From Octopus vulgaris (taxonomy: Eukaryota), in contig OX597833.1 of assembly GCA_951406725.2 (NCBI GenBank), forward strand, positions 54,808,001-54,872,000: DNA of 64,000 nt, in the 5' to 3' direction. Position 1 is the first letter of the stretch, and the number at the start of each line of letters is the position of its first letter. The translations under genes were made by a program, and so were the position numbers. Below the pieces are notes generated by a model. That model ran no database searches. It saw only the letters and a program-made list of their open reading frames with translations, and had not been told where the DNA came from. Of the stretch, positions 39,368 through 52,104 are shown piece after piece.

Positions 39368-41763
39368 GAACAAAAATTTCGTTTACATAAACATGGCCGC
39401 CGCCGCCAAATGAATAATTAAAATGGCTTGTGGCTTGGTCGGCCTCGAAGCAAGCTCATAACCATATTCTCCTGTCGTGTTGTATTATAATCTATCTTAA
39501 GTTTTGGTTATTTATCACTGCCTATATATCTAATGAGTTTGTGCAAACTAATTCTTGAATGTCTGTTGTGTAATTTGTATATAGGACTTGGTATGTGTTC
39601 TCTCTTATGGACAGAATTTTCCCAAAGATGCTTCCGGAGACCTCTCGTAAAGCGAAGACTCGTAAAGCAAAGCTTTAATTTCCCATAGTAGCAATGTTAT
39701 AAATCGTAATTCGTTCCCAGAAAAAATATCTTACCTATAAAATTTATAATACTCGTAAATAAATGGCAATAAACAACAATAGAATGTAAAGAATATTTTA
39801 TGTGAAGTAAAAAGAATGTCAAGGTTATTTATAATGAAAAATATTATTATAATAGTTTTTTTCTGAATTACCTTCATTCGCACAAGACTCGCGCACACCA
39901 TCACTTGTAGACGCGATCGTCGATTCACAAGCACTCGTAGACGGACTTGTAGATTTCTTTTAAAAAAAACAAGTCTAGAGTTGTTTGCTTAGAAGCCTGT
40001 TTTCTTTTGCTCTCTATAAATTTCTCAGTAGCATGCAGAGACATTGGTTACGGTTATAGACACTTTTGCACTTCATTCAAAATTTGGGTTTTCTGTTTGA
40101 AAAATAAAACTCGTAAACCCGTAGTATTACTATGTATTACTATGTGTGTGTGTACGTGTGTATGTATATCTACTACATATGTGGAAAATCGGTGTGTGTT
40201 TGTTTGTGGCGTTGTTAGACGACTCCTCCTACATCGTTTTATTGATTTTGATGAAACTTGATACATAAGTAGAACTCATGTCTGGAAACCTCTTGACATA
40301 CTTAGATTATTGAAAAAATCGGTGATACGGCCTCTAGAAGGGACCTTTATATCTACCCCATATAACTAATTTCATTTAACGCTCAAGGGAAATAACCCGT
40401 TCAAAGTTTTTGTTCGATTACTTTGAATATTGATTTTTTTGTGTGCCCTAATTTTTCAGACAATATCACTTTTATACCGAGTAGAACACATGTCTGGAAA
40501 CCTTGTGACATACTTAGTTTGTTGAAAAAAAAATCGATAATAGGGCCCTTCCAATGGATCCGATCCTTCTATCTACTTACATATTACTAAAATTCTATTT
40601 AAACAACCCAAGGGAAATGACCCATGCCACCTGCAGGTTTCAGTGAAGCGACCAATATTTGATTCTCAAGGTCAGCCGACCTAATTCTGCTGTTCACTAC
40701 TCTCAGTTTTGAACTGCGAAACATTATTATTGCACTTCCTTAATTTGAATCTCAAACATTAAAAACTTCATTCATACATTTCTATACATATATACATTTT
40801 TTTGAATGCCCATTACCCCGATTCAGTTATACTTTTTCCACAACGTATTTGTGATAGTGGCTTCATGCAGGCATAGCGTGGATTCGATCCTCGATTGCCA
40901 AATTTCACTTAACACTTCAACAGCGCTTTTCTCACGGTAAAAACAATAGTTTTTCTGTGAATGACAGCATTTATACATTTCTCAGATGCCTTCGCTATGC
41001 AGAATAATGTCTGTCTCTCACCAACCTCCGATAATCTTTCTCGCCAACCCCCAACAATCTCTTCTTCCTCCAGCTGACAGTTTTTTGTACTTTTTCGTGA
41101 CGGATAATACACCTTTTGTGGCAGTTATAACGAAACGGCTTTCTCATATCAGTAATAAGGCGTTTCAATAGGACATCATTACCCCCGGGAATTACCCTGT
41201 ACTCCAGCTAGTATGTATACACACACACATACACATTGTGCTTGTGTGTTTGTTCCCCAATACTGCTTGACAACCGGCATTAGTTAGTTTATATCTCCGT
41301 ACCCAAGCTATTCAGCAATTTGCCAGATAAAATAAATTATTTTAATGAAAATAAATAAGTACTGGGGTCTTCGATTTGTCCAACTAAACCCTTCAAGTCG
41401 GTTGCCCCAGCATGGACTCATTCATGTGACTGAAACAAGTAAAAGATAAACGAAACGAATCAAAATTTAGTACCATTACGCAACCCAACTTTGAAGAAGA
41501 ACAAAAAATTTCGTTTACATAAACATGGCCGCCGTCGCCAAATGAATAATTAAAATGGCTTGTGGCTTGGTCGGCCTCGAAGCAAGCTCATAACCATATT
41601 CTCCTGTCATTTTGTATTATAATCTATCTTAAGTTTTGGTTATTTCTCACTGCCTATATATCTAATGAGTTTGTGCAAACTAATTCTTGAATGTCTGTTG
41701 TGTAATTTGTATATAGGACTTGGTATGTGTTCTCTCTTATGGACAGAATTTTCCCAAAGATGC
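39368..41763 (+). repeat. About 265-bp near-identical direct repeat (39368-39631 and 41499-41763)
   Basis: Directly visible; only a handful of differences. Confidence 0.9.
40169..41211 (+). mobile_element. Probable non-autonomous Helitron with internal diverged duplication
   Basis: a|TCtactacatatg start, gtttgtttgt, small 3' hairpin gggaattaccc then CTAG|t. Confidence 0.6.
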
Positions 41764-41857
41764 AACTGATTTTCTCTAGAATCTTCTGCAGTTTCTTGCG
41801 TTGATGGCTGCTCATTTTGTCGTCCATGTTTTCTCTTTTCTTTAGTTTTTCTTTCTT

Positions 41858-41888
<31 letters not shown>

Positions 41889-43100
41889 TATCACTGTGAG
41901 AGTTACAACAGTAAGTTTCTATTTTCGTCTATGTTATCTGATTGGTATTGTTACTGCCCACACAGCGTGATGTAACAAGTTAGCATGTATGGCTGTATGG
42001 TTAAGAAGTTCGATTTGCAACTAACCATGTGATTTCGGGTTCAGTCCCACTGCGCTGCACCTTGGACAAGTGTCTTCTGTAGCCTCGGGAGTGAATTTGG
42101 TAAACGAAAACTGTCGAAGCGCGTATATATATACATATATATATACTTTATTTAAAAGCAGCAGAAATTCAACAAAACCTGTTAGTTGAAGGCTACCAAA
42201 CCTGCCATACACAGACAACTTCAGCTTCATATATATATATAGATTTAAAAAAAAAAATGTTAGGATGAAAGTATTATTATAGTAATGATAAATGACACTG
42301 AAAATATCAAAACTGAGGCTAACTAATTTAATGTGCTGGTGATTTTAATGAATAAAGTATTATAACATTGATGTGATACTATATACCTGCTTTTGCATCT
42401 GTACCTGTCTGTGTGTGTTACTGTCTTGCTTGACATGACCTTGACGAAAACTCCGGTCTAAAGAAATTATTCTGCTTATAAAAGACTACATATTATTTGC
42501 ATGTTATTTGAATATTTAAATCTTTCGCTTCTCATTTTTAAAAATTTGGCTTCTCCATTGAGCAGAGCTGTATTTCATTACATTATTTAGCAGCCTTTCG
42601 TCCGACATTGTGATCTTAGTTCAAATTCTGTCGAGGCCGACTTTGCCCGTTATCCTTTCGGTGGTGGTGGTCACTGCAATAAGTACCAGTTGAGCACTGG
42701 ATCGATGTAATCGTCTAGCCCCAACTTCAGGTTTTGTACCTATTGTAGAAAGAATTGTTGTAATTAATAAGGTAAACTGGCAATTGTTGACGAGTCGGAC
42801 GAAATGCTTAGCGATATCTTCTGGTTCTTTACGTTCCGAGTTCAAATTGCGCCGAGGTCAACTATACCTTTCGTCCTTTCAGATGTACCAGTAACCCCTC
42901 CCTTGAAAATTTTCAACGTGATGCCAAAATTCTAGAGTGAATGGCTCTATTCTAAATTACACTCCTGTAGATTGGAGAGAAAGACAAAGGGCTCGTACCA
43001 TTTGTAGTCAGGGTAATATTGGATCTGTGGGGCTCCGTAATTGGCCCTAGTTGAAGCTTCTCCTGTATCGGGAGGACTGCATCATTCATCTTATCACATA

Positions 43101-43622
43101 CCGTAAATCCTCGAGTATAATCCGTATTTCCTCCCCAAAATTTAATGATCAAAATCCCTAGTGCGTACTATATACGAGGTTAAAAATGATAAGTATTTTC
43201 TAAGCACTGTCCAAGTCTCTATTTGCTGTTCGGCAATGTTTATTCAGACGCATTTTGTGATGTCAGGCGCGAAAATACCTTAAGCTAAGCCTGAAAGCAA
43301 TGAAGTCGTAAAAAAAATTATCCATAACTTGCAGTGAGCAACATTTATTAAACGTTATTACTGTTATTTCTTTATTTTCTGCAAACAAAATGTACAAAAA
43401 ATCTACACGTTTGCATTATGTTATATATACAATAATAATAAAGGACGTTACTGTTTACATTTTTACAAACCAAGGACGTTATACAGACCTCCTTGACTCA
43501 AGTTAGAGAAGGGGTGCGTATTATACACAAGGTTTAAGTTTTTCAGAGGTACAGACCCCTAAAAATCCCCTGCGTATTATACTCAAGGGCGGACTATATG
43601 GACTATACTCGAGGATTTACGG
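43101..43622. mobile_element. Tc1/mariner (pogo-like) MITE
   Basis: TIRs ccgtaaatcctcgagtata / tatactcgaggatttacgg; TA on the left; partial copies at 44780 and 44938. Confidence 0.8.
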
Positions 43623-45607
43623 TTCTTTGTTTACCGTGTATACCTTTATCACATTTCACTGTCTTTTCCCATATTTTTCTCTCCGTCTTCCATGTAAATC
43701 GCCCACCACATTGTTGCTTGTCCTTGTGAGGTCCCCTTCATTCATGCCCCTGTGGTTAATAAAAAAAAATCGTCATTATTATTATTATTATTATTATTAT
43801 GTCGAAGTCGACTTTTCCTTTCATCCTTTCGGGGTCGATAAATAAAGTACCTATTTCTTTACTACCCACAAGGGGCTACACACATAGAGGACAGACAAAC
43901 GGATTAAGTCGATTATATCGACCCCAGTGCGTAACTGGTACTTATTTAATCGACCCCGAAATGATGAAAGGCAAAGTCGACCTCGGCGGAATTTGAACTC
44001 AGAACGTAGCGACAGACGAAATACCGCTAAGCATTTCGCCCGGTGTGCTAACGTTTCTGCCAGCTCACTGCCCGATAAATAAAGTACCAGTTTCACACTG
44101 GGGTCGATGTAATCGACTTAATCCGTTTGTCCCCTCTATGTTTAGCTCCTTGTGGGCAAAAAAGAAATATATCATCATTATTATTTTTATTATTATTATG
44201 CACATAATTGACATTAGCTTGACCGACATTTTACAAAGATCGATAATTTTAATTGCAATTCTTTAACTATCTTTTCTCTCTCTCTCTCGTTACCTATTAT
44301 TGTTGTAAATTCTATTATGCAGACACATCATGATTGAACTCGTCATTCGGGACGTTTTGAGACGTTTTATTATTATTATTATAATTATTATATATTTTTT
44401 TTCATTTATTATATTGTAACCATATTTTCGTTTGCCGTTTTGCAATTTTCATTGTTGTTATTGCAAAGCTCATTTGCATTAAAGCATTGTCTTTTCATTG
44501 TATTCGTTTATTATTAGAAACAAAAAGCAATTGGTTATACGCTCCAATTTTTTTGTTGGTGTTGTTGTTCTTGTCTTAGTTATTGTTTTAGCGTTGCTAT
44601 CTCTTATCGTTATCATCTGTAGCCATTGTCTTCGTTTGTCAATTACCGTTAGCATCAACCCGTCGTTTCTATAATTGTTTACTCAAGAACCAACGACTTT
44701 AGTACACATCCTCATTTGGTAGTGTTTTATTTGTGCTATAGTTTAGTTCTCACCTTACTCCAATCCCACGACAGACGTACCGTAAATCCTCGAGTATAAT
44801 CCGCATTTTCCCCCAAAATTTAACGGTCAAAATCCCTTTTGTGGTCAAGGTAATCTTGGATCTGTGGGGCTCCGTGGTTGGTCCTAGTTGAAGCTTCTCC
44901 TGTATCAGGAGGACTGCATCATTCATCTTATCACATATCGTAAATCCTCGAGTATAATCCGCATTTTCCCCCCAAAATTTAAAGGTAAAAAATTCCCTAG
45001 TGCGTACTATATACGAAGTTAAAATAGAAAATTATTTTCTAAGTAATGTCCGAGTCTCTATTTGCTGTCCGGCAATGTTTATTCAGACGCATTTTGTGAT
45101 GTCGGACACGAAAATACGGCCGACATTCCTGAAGAGCAGAGTCGGAAATTAGAGCTAGTACACCCCAAAACTACTTTCTTTCGGATGTATATGTTTTAAG
45201 CAAGTAAATTCTGATTCAGGTGTGGAGGCTAGAGATTGTTTCGTGTCCCATCCAATTTCCGTAATTTTTCAGTTTCTTTTCCAATTTTTTAAAATTTATG
45301 AGTTAATGATTTTTAAGTATATTTTTCTTGCATGGCTCAGTGGTTTGAGCGTCGAGCTTACGATCGTGGTGAGGTTGTGAGTTCGATTCCCGGACCGAGC
45401 TACGTTGTTGTGTTCTTGAGCAAGACACTTTATTTCACGTTGCTCCAGTTAATCCTTTCTATAATAGAAAGGATTATCATTAATACACGTTAGCAACGCT
45501 TTAAAGTTCACCATCGTTAGCACCAGCGTGGTTTACTGTTGCTAACATCACCAGTGGCGTGGTGAGAACGGGTTGTGGCAGTGTGGTCACTTTTATATAC
45601 GCGTGTT

Positions 45608-46017
45608 GGATCTTTTCGGTTTGACCGGCAGTTTTTTAAAATAATTTCCACGTAACTTAACACTTTTAAACTTCGTATACTGGTAGAATGTGTTTATAAA
45701 ACATCTTTTTCTCTTGGCTTTATTGAGAAAATTCTATAGTTTCTAAGATATTTGTTGTTGTTTTTTTCTTCAATTTCAACCAATTAATGACGTCCATTGA
45801 GGTAAAAAAAACAACATTCTGTGCCGTATGAATATGTCCTTCGTTTAAGAAACAGATTGGGTTTATTTACATTTGTGAAGAAAAAAAGATACCCTTCCCC
45901 CTAACCCTAACCCTAAAACAGATTGAAATGCAATAGATCGATACTAGGGTCATAATTATGGGAGACAATTTCATATGACACCGCTAGAAAAAACTGCCGT
46001 TCAAACCGAAAAGATCC
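45608..46017. mobile_element. Merlin-like MITE with internal (TAACCC)n
   Basis: About 30-bp TIRs ggatcttttcggtttga.cggcagtttttt; perfect 8-bp TSD cgcgtgtt; GG termini. Confidence 0.8.
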
Positions 46018-46154
46018 CGCGTGTTTGCTGCAGACGAAAGCATGTTGCGTTTAGAGGTGAGAGAGGCTCCCGATTTGGCCACCGCAAAGGAGACCCCAAA
46101 CCCCACTGCACACCATACTGTTTGGCGCAACTCTGTAGAATATTCGCTTCGGTA

Positions 46155-46385
46155 ATGTGAGCTGGCAGAATCGTTAGCACGTCGGGCGAAATGCTCATCA
46201 GTATTTCATCTGTCGCTACGTTCTGAGTTCAAATTCCGCCGAGGTCGACTTTGCCTTTCATCCTTTCGGGGTCGATTAAATAAGTACCAGTTACGCACTG
46301 GGGTCGATATGATCGATTTTATCCGTTTGTCCGTCCTTGTTTGTCCTCTCTTTGTTTAGCCCCTTGTGGGTAGTAAAGAAATAGG
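46155..46385 (+). mobile_element. SINE family B
   Basis: Full head and body; another copy at 56168-56398. Confidence 0.85.
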
Positions 46386-46604
46386 TAATGTGCCTGGTAG
46401 ATCATAGTGTATTTATCACCATCGTAACCACTTGTTGGTCTGTATACCTCTGTTGCTGCCGTCCCGTGTTTACTGGTTTAAATCCTAAGCTAAGACTGCG
46501 ACCAAGTTTCTTTTGCTTTCTCATTTGAATCACTTCACAACGAAAATTATGTTTTCAAGACAGACGCGGAATACAAATAATATATTTTAATTTTAAATAC
46601 TCTT

Positions 46605-46990
46605 ACTCTCTCTTTACTCTTTTACTTGTTTCAGTCATTTGACCGCGGCCATGCTGGAGCACCGCCTTTAGTCGAGCAAATCGACCCCGGGACTTATTCT
46701 TTGTAAGCCCAGTACTTATTCTATCGGTCTCTTTTGCCGAACCGCTAAGTGACGGGGACGTAAATACACCAGCATCGGCTGTCAAGCAATGCTAGGGGGA
46801 CAAACACAGACACACAAACACACACATATATATATACATATATACGATAGGCTTCTTTCAGTTTCCGTCTACCAAATCCACTCACAAGGCATTGGTCGGC
46901 CCGGGGCTATAGCAGAAGACACTTGCCCAAGATGCCACGCAGTGGGACTGAACCCGGAACCATGTGGTTGGTTAGGAAGCTACTTACCAC
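46605..46990 (-). mobile_element. SINE family A, near full length
   Basis: Nearly identical to the 11519 copy; flanks share cacaacgaaaattatgttttcaagacagacgcggaatacaaataat-like direct repeat. Confidence 0.85.
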
Positions 46991-47406
46991 TCACGAAATT
47001 ATGTTTTCGAGACAGACGCGGAATACAAATAATAATATATTTTAATTTTAAATGTCCAGCATTCTAAAAATCTGGGGTGACAAAAAAAAAAAACAAAAAA
47101 AATCTGTAAAAGAAAAAAAAAAAAAGGAGAGTCTAAACTCAGAATTAATTGGCGAATGAAATGATTTTACACGACGAATAAACGTGATTGGGAATATATT
47201 TTTGTAAATTTTTTGTTCGTATTTGCTCACATCTTTAGTCACCCTGCTGATTTCGTGTAACGTAATACGCTTTACGCGCCAACGAAGGAGCTGTTACGTA
47301 GATGCTCGCCCTACTAGAAATGGCAGCCAAACCTCTTTCGTATAACACTTGTTTTTCTCTATTGTCTTAATCTTTTGCCTATTACGTGAGACATATGGAA
47401 TATTTC

Positions 47407-47453
47407 TCTCTGTATCGTTCCAATTTTAGTATATGTACTGCCGAAGCAAGTAC
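47407..47453 (-). pseudogene. U6: 3'-truncated U6 snRNA retropseudogene (nt 1-47)
   Basis: GTACTTGCTTCGGCAGTACATATACTAAAATTGGAACGATACAGAGA flanked by 18-bp direct repeat atatggaatatttctctc (47393-47410, 47455-47472). Confidence 0.93.
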
Positions 47454-47489
47454 TATATGGAATATTTCTCTCGCATCCATGCTTCTTTT

Positions 47490-47795
47490 GGTACCAATTC
47501 AGAAGAGTGGTCCAGGTGCGCGCACTCGCGTACTCGCGCATCCGAGCTAGCTAGTCGTGACTAGTCGATCCTTATTTTGTGTTTTTGTTTTATTTACTTT
47601 GTTTAAAAAACATTATTTACTCTGTGTTTTTGTGTTTTATTTACTTTGTTTTAAAAAAATTATTTTTATGTAGAAAAATTATTTATTTTGTATTTTATTT
47701 ACTTTGCTAGGTAGTCGTTTTAGGATCGACTAGTCACGACTAGCTAGCGCGGATGCGCGAGTACGCGAGTGCGCGCACTCTTCTTAAGTAGTACC
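47490..47795. mobile_element. Merlin-like MITE with long CpG-rich TIRs
   Basis: GGTAC...GTACC termini, 8-bp TSD cttctttt, inverted gtgcgcgcactcgcgtactcgcgcatcc...ctagtcgatcct arms. Confidence 0.8.
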
Positions 47796-48225
47796 CTTCT
47801 TTTCAATCATCGGAATAACATGGGACTTAGGAAAGAAAGGCTTTATATTTTTCAGAACGCATGAAAACTGGGCTAAAAGTCTTAAAAACAAGTTTTGGAC
47901 GTTTAGGACAAACTTAATGAAACTGCTTTGGACTGGCAAAAGGTCAAAGGCTTAGAATGTTTTCACCTCAATAGACGTCATTGATTGGTTGAACATGTTT
48001 GACCTGTGTTAACAGAGCTGACCTGTGTTAACATTGTGTTGCAGAGGCTTTAACAGTGGTTCTCAACCGTAGCCCCCAGAGTCGCATGCGGCCCGCCCCG
48101 ACGGTCTTGCCTCTCTATAAATATAATTTTTTCCTATAGATTTGTGTTTTACATTTTTGTCCCCCACCCCAAATCCAGTTTCTGGATCTGGCTCCTGGAT
48201 ATAAAAGGTTGAGAATGCGGTCCCG

Positions 48226-48435
48226 GGTACTACTTGAGAACAGTGGCCCCGGTGCGCGCACTCGCGCATCCGCGCCAGCTAGTCGTGACTAGTCGATCCT
48301 ACAACGATAATTTTTGTTAAACAAAGTAAATAACATACAAAAACACAAAGTAAAGATCGACTAGTCATGACTAGCTAGCGCGGATGCATGAGTACGCGAG
48401 TGCGCGCACCGGGACCACTGTTCTCAAGTAGTACC
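48226..48435. mobile_element. Second copy of the Merlin-like CpG-rich MITE
   Basis: ggtactacttgagaacagtgg / ccactgttctcaagtagtacc; no TSD seen. Confidence 0.75.
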
Positions 48436-48578
48436 CACACACATAAACTGAGAGAGCATTGGTCGGCTCGGGGCTATAGCAGAAGAAACTTGCTTAAATT
48501 ACCATGCAGTAGGACTGAACCTGGAACCATGTGGATGGGAAAACACACCTGCGCCCATTTACAAATAACTAATTGAAA

Positions 48579-49301
48579 AACGTAAAGTATAGAAGCCATC
48601 TTATCATGGCTAACCACATTGGGAGGGGTGTTACTGTAGCTTTATAGCCCAAGAGATCTTCGTCTCTGGCTGGCTTTAGACACAATATCTGTGTCCTTGG
48701 AGTATTTGCTCCAAGGACACAGATATTGTGTCTAAAGCCAGCCAGAGACGAAGATCTCTTGGGGCTATAAAGCTACAGTAACACCCGCTCCAAGGACACA
48801 GATATTGTGTCTAAAGCCAGCTAGAGATCTCTTGGGGCTATAAAGCTACAGTAACACCCGCTCCAAGGACACAGATATTGTGTCTAAAGCCAGCTAGAGA
48901 CGAAGATCTCTTGGGGCTATAAAGCTACAGTAACACCCGCTCCAAGGACACAGATATTGTGTCTAAAGCCAGCTAGAGACGAAGATCTCTTGGGGCTATA
49001 AAGCTACAGTAACACCCGCTCCAAGGACACAGATATTGTGTCTAAAGCCAGCTAGAGACGAAGATCTCTTGGGGCTATAAAGCTACAGTAACACCCACTC
49101 CAAGGACAGATATTGTGTCTAAAGCCAGCTAGAGACGAAGATCTCTTGGGGCTATAAAGCTACAGTAACACCCGCTCCAAGGACACAGATATTGTTTCTA
49201 AAGCCAGCTAGAGACGAAGATCTCTTGGGGCTATAAAGCTACAGTAACACCCCCTCCCCAATGTGGTTAGCCATGATAAGATGGCTTCTATACTTTACGT
49301 T
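48579..49301. repeat. Palindromic element whose right arm carries 7 tandem units of about 79 bp
   Basis: Left arm 48579-48702, 6-nt spacer tatttg, units at 48709, 48788, 48861, 48940, 49019, 49098, 49175. Confidence 0.9.
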
Positions 49302-49555
49302 ATCGAGCGATTACTGTTTCAATCTCATTCTGAGATTTAATTATGCTAATTGAAAAAGAACTGCTTAAAAGTTTCAGTAAAAACTCAGTGTTTCGATGAA
49401 CTGATGAAAAGAAGGGTTGCTAATAACATTGACAAAAACAGTAAAAATAAATACAAAAAATGTCCCTATAAAACATTTACTAAGTTAATATTGCTCCCTA
49501 TACACACAATGAGCCTGAAGTTTGGGCGTTTAGACCAAGGGTTCTCAACCTTTTA

Positions 49556-49751
49556 GGCGATCTTTCGGTACAAGTACCATAACTGCCAATTATAAACCCA
49601 TGTGGGTTTGTTTACATTTCTGAAGAAAAAAGAAACCCTTTCCCCTATATAAATATAAAAAAAAAAAAAAAAACTTTATGGAAAGTGACGATCTTCTTCA
49701 AATGTAAACAAACAGACTTGGCAGTTATAGTACTTGTACCGAAAGATCACC
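49556..49751. mobile_element. Short TIR MITE related to the 45608 element
   Basis: ggcgatctttcggtacaagtac.ataactgccaa / ttggcagttatagtacttgtaccgaaagatcacc. Confidence 0.7.
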
Positions 49752-50777
49752 GCAGTTTGGCAAAAGAGACCGATAGAATAAGTACCAGACATAACAGTTG
49801 AGTATTGGGGGTTGATTTGTTTGACTAAACATTTTGGCGATACCCCAGAATGGCCGCAATCAAATGACTAAAATAAGTGAAAGAAAAACGATAAATCTAA
49901 TTTAGCAGCATCATTTCGGGACAATGTGTCACCTTAGTGCATTGTTTCTAATAGCTTATTAGGATAAAGGGAAAAAAAAAAAAGGAAAAGGAGCGGAGAC
50001 AGGAGGGGAGGTAATCTCTCTTTCTTTGCTGCTTAGCAACAGGAAGCCTCACTCGTTGACTCTTTCGTTCACACTTTCCCATCTTTGAAAACAAAGAGAA
50101 GTTGTTGAAACTGACTCCTTCCTTATAGATATTTCCATAAACATTTCATATATCTGTTTACTTTAAAAAGAATTAATAATTTAAAAGGCTGCTTTTCTTC
50201 GCTCACCTCTTTTGTCGTCATCGTAGTCGTCATTATATATTCTTAGTTTTAATTTCTCTTACTTTTTTTTTCACACATTTGGAATGACTGAGTGTGGAAT
50301 TATCCCAAAATTTACCACCAAGTTAGGGCTTGTACTGTATTCACAACTTTTGTTCTTCACATGAGCGAAGTAAGTTTCCAAATTGGATGTGTGTGTGTTA
50401 TTATATATATAATATATATGTATATGTGTTACCAGTGCCGGTGGCATGTAAGAGAACCTTCAAATTTACAGCGACCTGCCAGCACCGCCCGTTTCGTGTT
50501 CGTTGCCAGCCTCGCCTGGCCCTCGTGCCGGTGGCACATAAAAAACACCATCCGTTCGTGGCCGTTTGCCAGCTCTGGCTGGCACCAGTGCGGGTGGCAC
50601 GTAAAAAGCACCCACTACACTCACGGAGTGGTTGGCGTTAGGAAGGGCATCCAGCCGTAGAAACACTGCCAGATTTGACTGGGCCTGATGAAGCCTTCTG
50701 GCTTCACAGACCCCAGCAGAACCGTCCAACCCATGCTAGCATGGAAAACGGACGCTAAATGATGATGATGATGATGA

Positions 50778-50829
<52 letters not shown>

Positions 50830-50885
50830 CAAATTAACAAAAGATGAAGGCAGGTGAGATAACATCGAGCAGGTGTATTAGTTTG

Positions 50886-51497
50886 GAGTGGAAGCACTCC
50901 GTCGGTTACGACGATGAGGGTTCCGGTTGATCCGAATCAACGGAACAGCCTGCTCGTGAAATTAACGTGTAAGTGGCTGAGCACTCCACAGACACGTGTA
51001 CCCTTAACCCTTTAGTATTTAAACCGGCCATATCCGGCCAAAATAGTTAATCTGTTTTATGTTCAAACTGACCAGATCCAGGCTCTCACACCAACCCTAC
51101 AATGTTATTCTACATTAAGTAATTACACCATCAAGATCTTGAAGATATGAGATAATGCATGATTAATTCAAATCAATGGGAATCGATAGGCATTATGTTT
51201 GATAGAATAATCTGAACACTAAAGGGTTAACGTAGTTCTCGAGGATATTCAGCGTGACACAGAGAGTGACAAGGCCGGCCCTTTGAAATATAGGTACAAC
51301 AGAAACAGGAAGTAAGAGTGAGAGAAAGTTGTGGGGAAAGAGTACAGCAGGGATCACCACCATCCCCTGCCGGAGCCTTGTGGAGCGTTAGGTGTTTTCG
51401 CTCAATAAACACTCACAACGCCCGGTCTGGGAATCGAAACCGCGATCCTACGGCCGCGAGTCCGCTGCCCTAACCACTGGGCCATTGCGCCTCCACA
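50886..51497 (-). mobile_element. SINE family D (long tail) with TSD, interrupted by a piggyBac-like MITE at 51008-51226
   Basis: TSD tgtattagtttg (50874-50885, 51498-51509); MITE bounded by duplicated TTAA. Confidence 0.88.
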
Positions 51498-52104
51498 TGT
51501 ATTAGTTTGAAACATGGGAAGAATGGAAATGTCTTCGACGTTTTGAGCCTACACTCTTCTTCGACAAAGGATCGAGAGGGGAAAAAATTACAATTGTGAG
51601 AATATTATCTAAATAGTTATTCTCAAATTCAGCCAAAAAAAAAAGGAAGAAAGTTATCTCTGTATTGGCCAATAAACAAGAGGACTTCCACAGTCATAGT
51701 AATTTGAATATTTGTACCATTTTCCAGAATTATATTACAATCTGAAATTTCTTCATCTATACCAGTACTATAAAACTGTCTTATTAATACTGTTGTTCTC
51801 ATTTGAATCCCACAGTAATCTTCAAGCGACTAAAATAAATCCAAATATAGAATCCAAATCATAAAGATGGATAAATCATTTTCCCATTTTATTGAGATAA
51901 TCAATAGATTCTTTGATCACTCTTGTAATTTCTTCTTTTGCAATTAACTAAGTCTACATTGTTAGTTTTGTTTTTTTCTTTCTGTCATGGCTTTCTAGAT
52001 GAATATCTCTTCCTCCACCCCCACCCCCAGTCAAGCAGCATAATGGGAGTTCATGGTTTGATATTGGAGTCATTTTTCATCATCATCATCATATGTCCAT
52101 TTTC

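Noticed and set aside
45899-45916. Interstitial telomere
   Set aside because: Only about three units, internal to a MITE
47407-47453. Functional U6 gene
   Set aside because: Lacks the 3' half and terminator and is bounded by a TSD
48709-49255. CRISPR-like periodic array (also 16016-16405)
   Set aside because: Units are contiguous with no unique spacers, no cas genes, eukaryotic context
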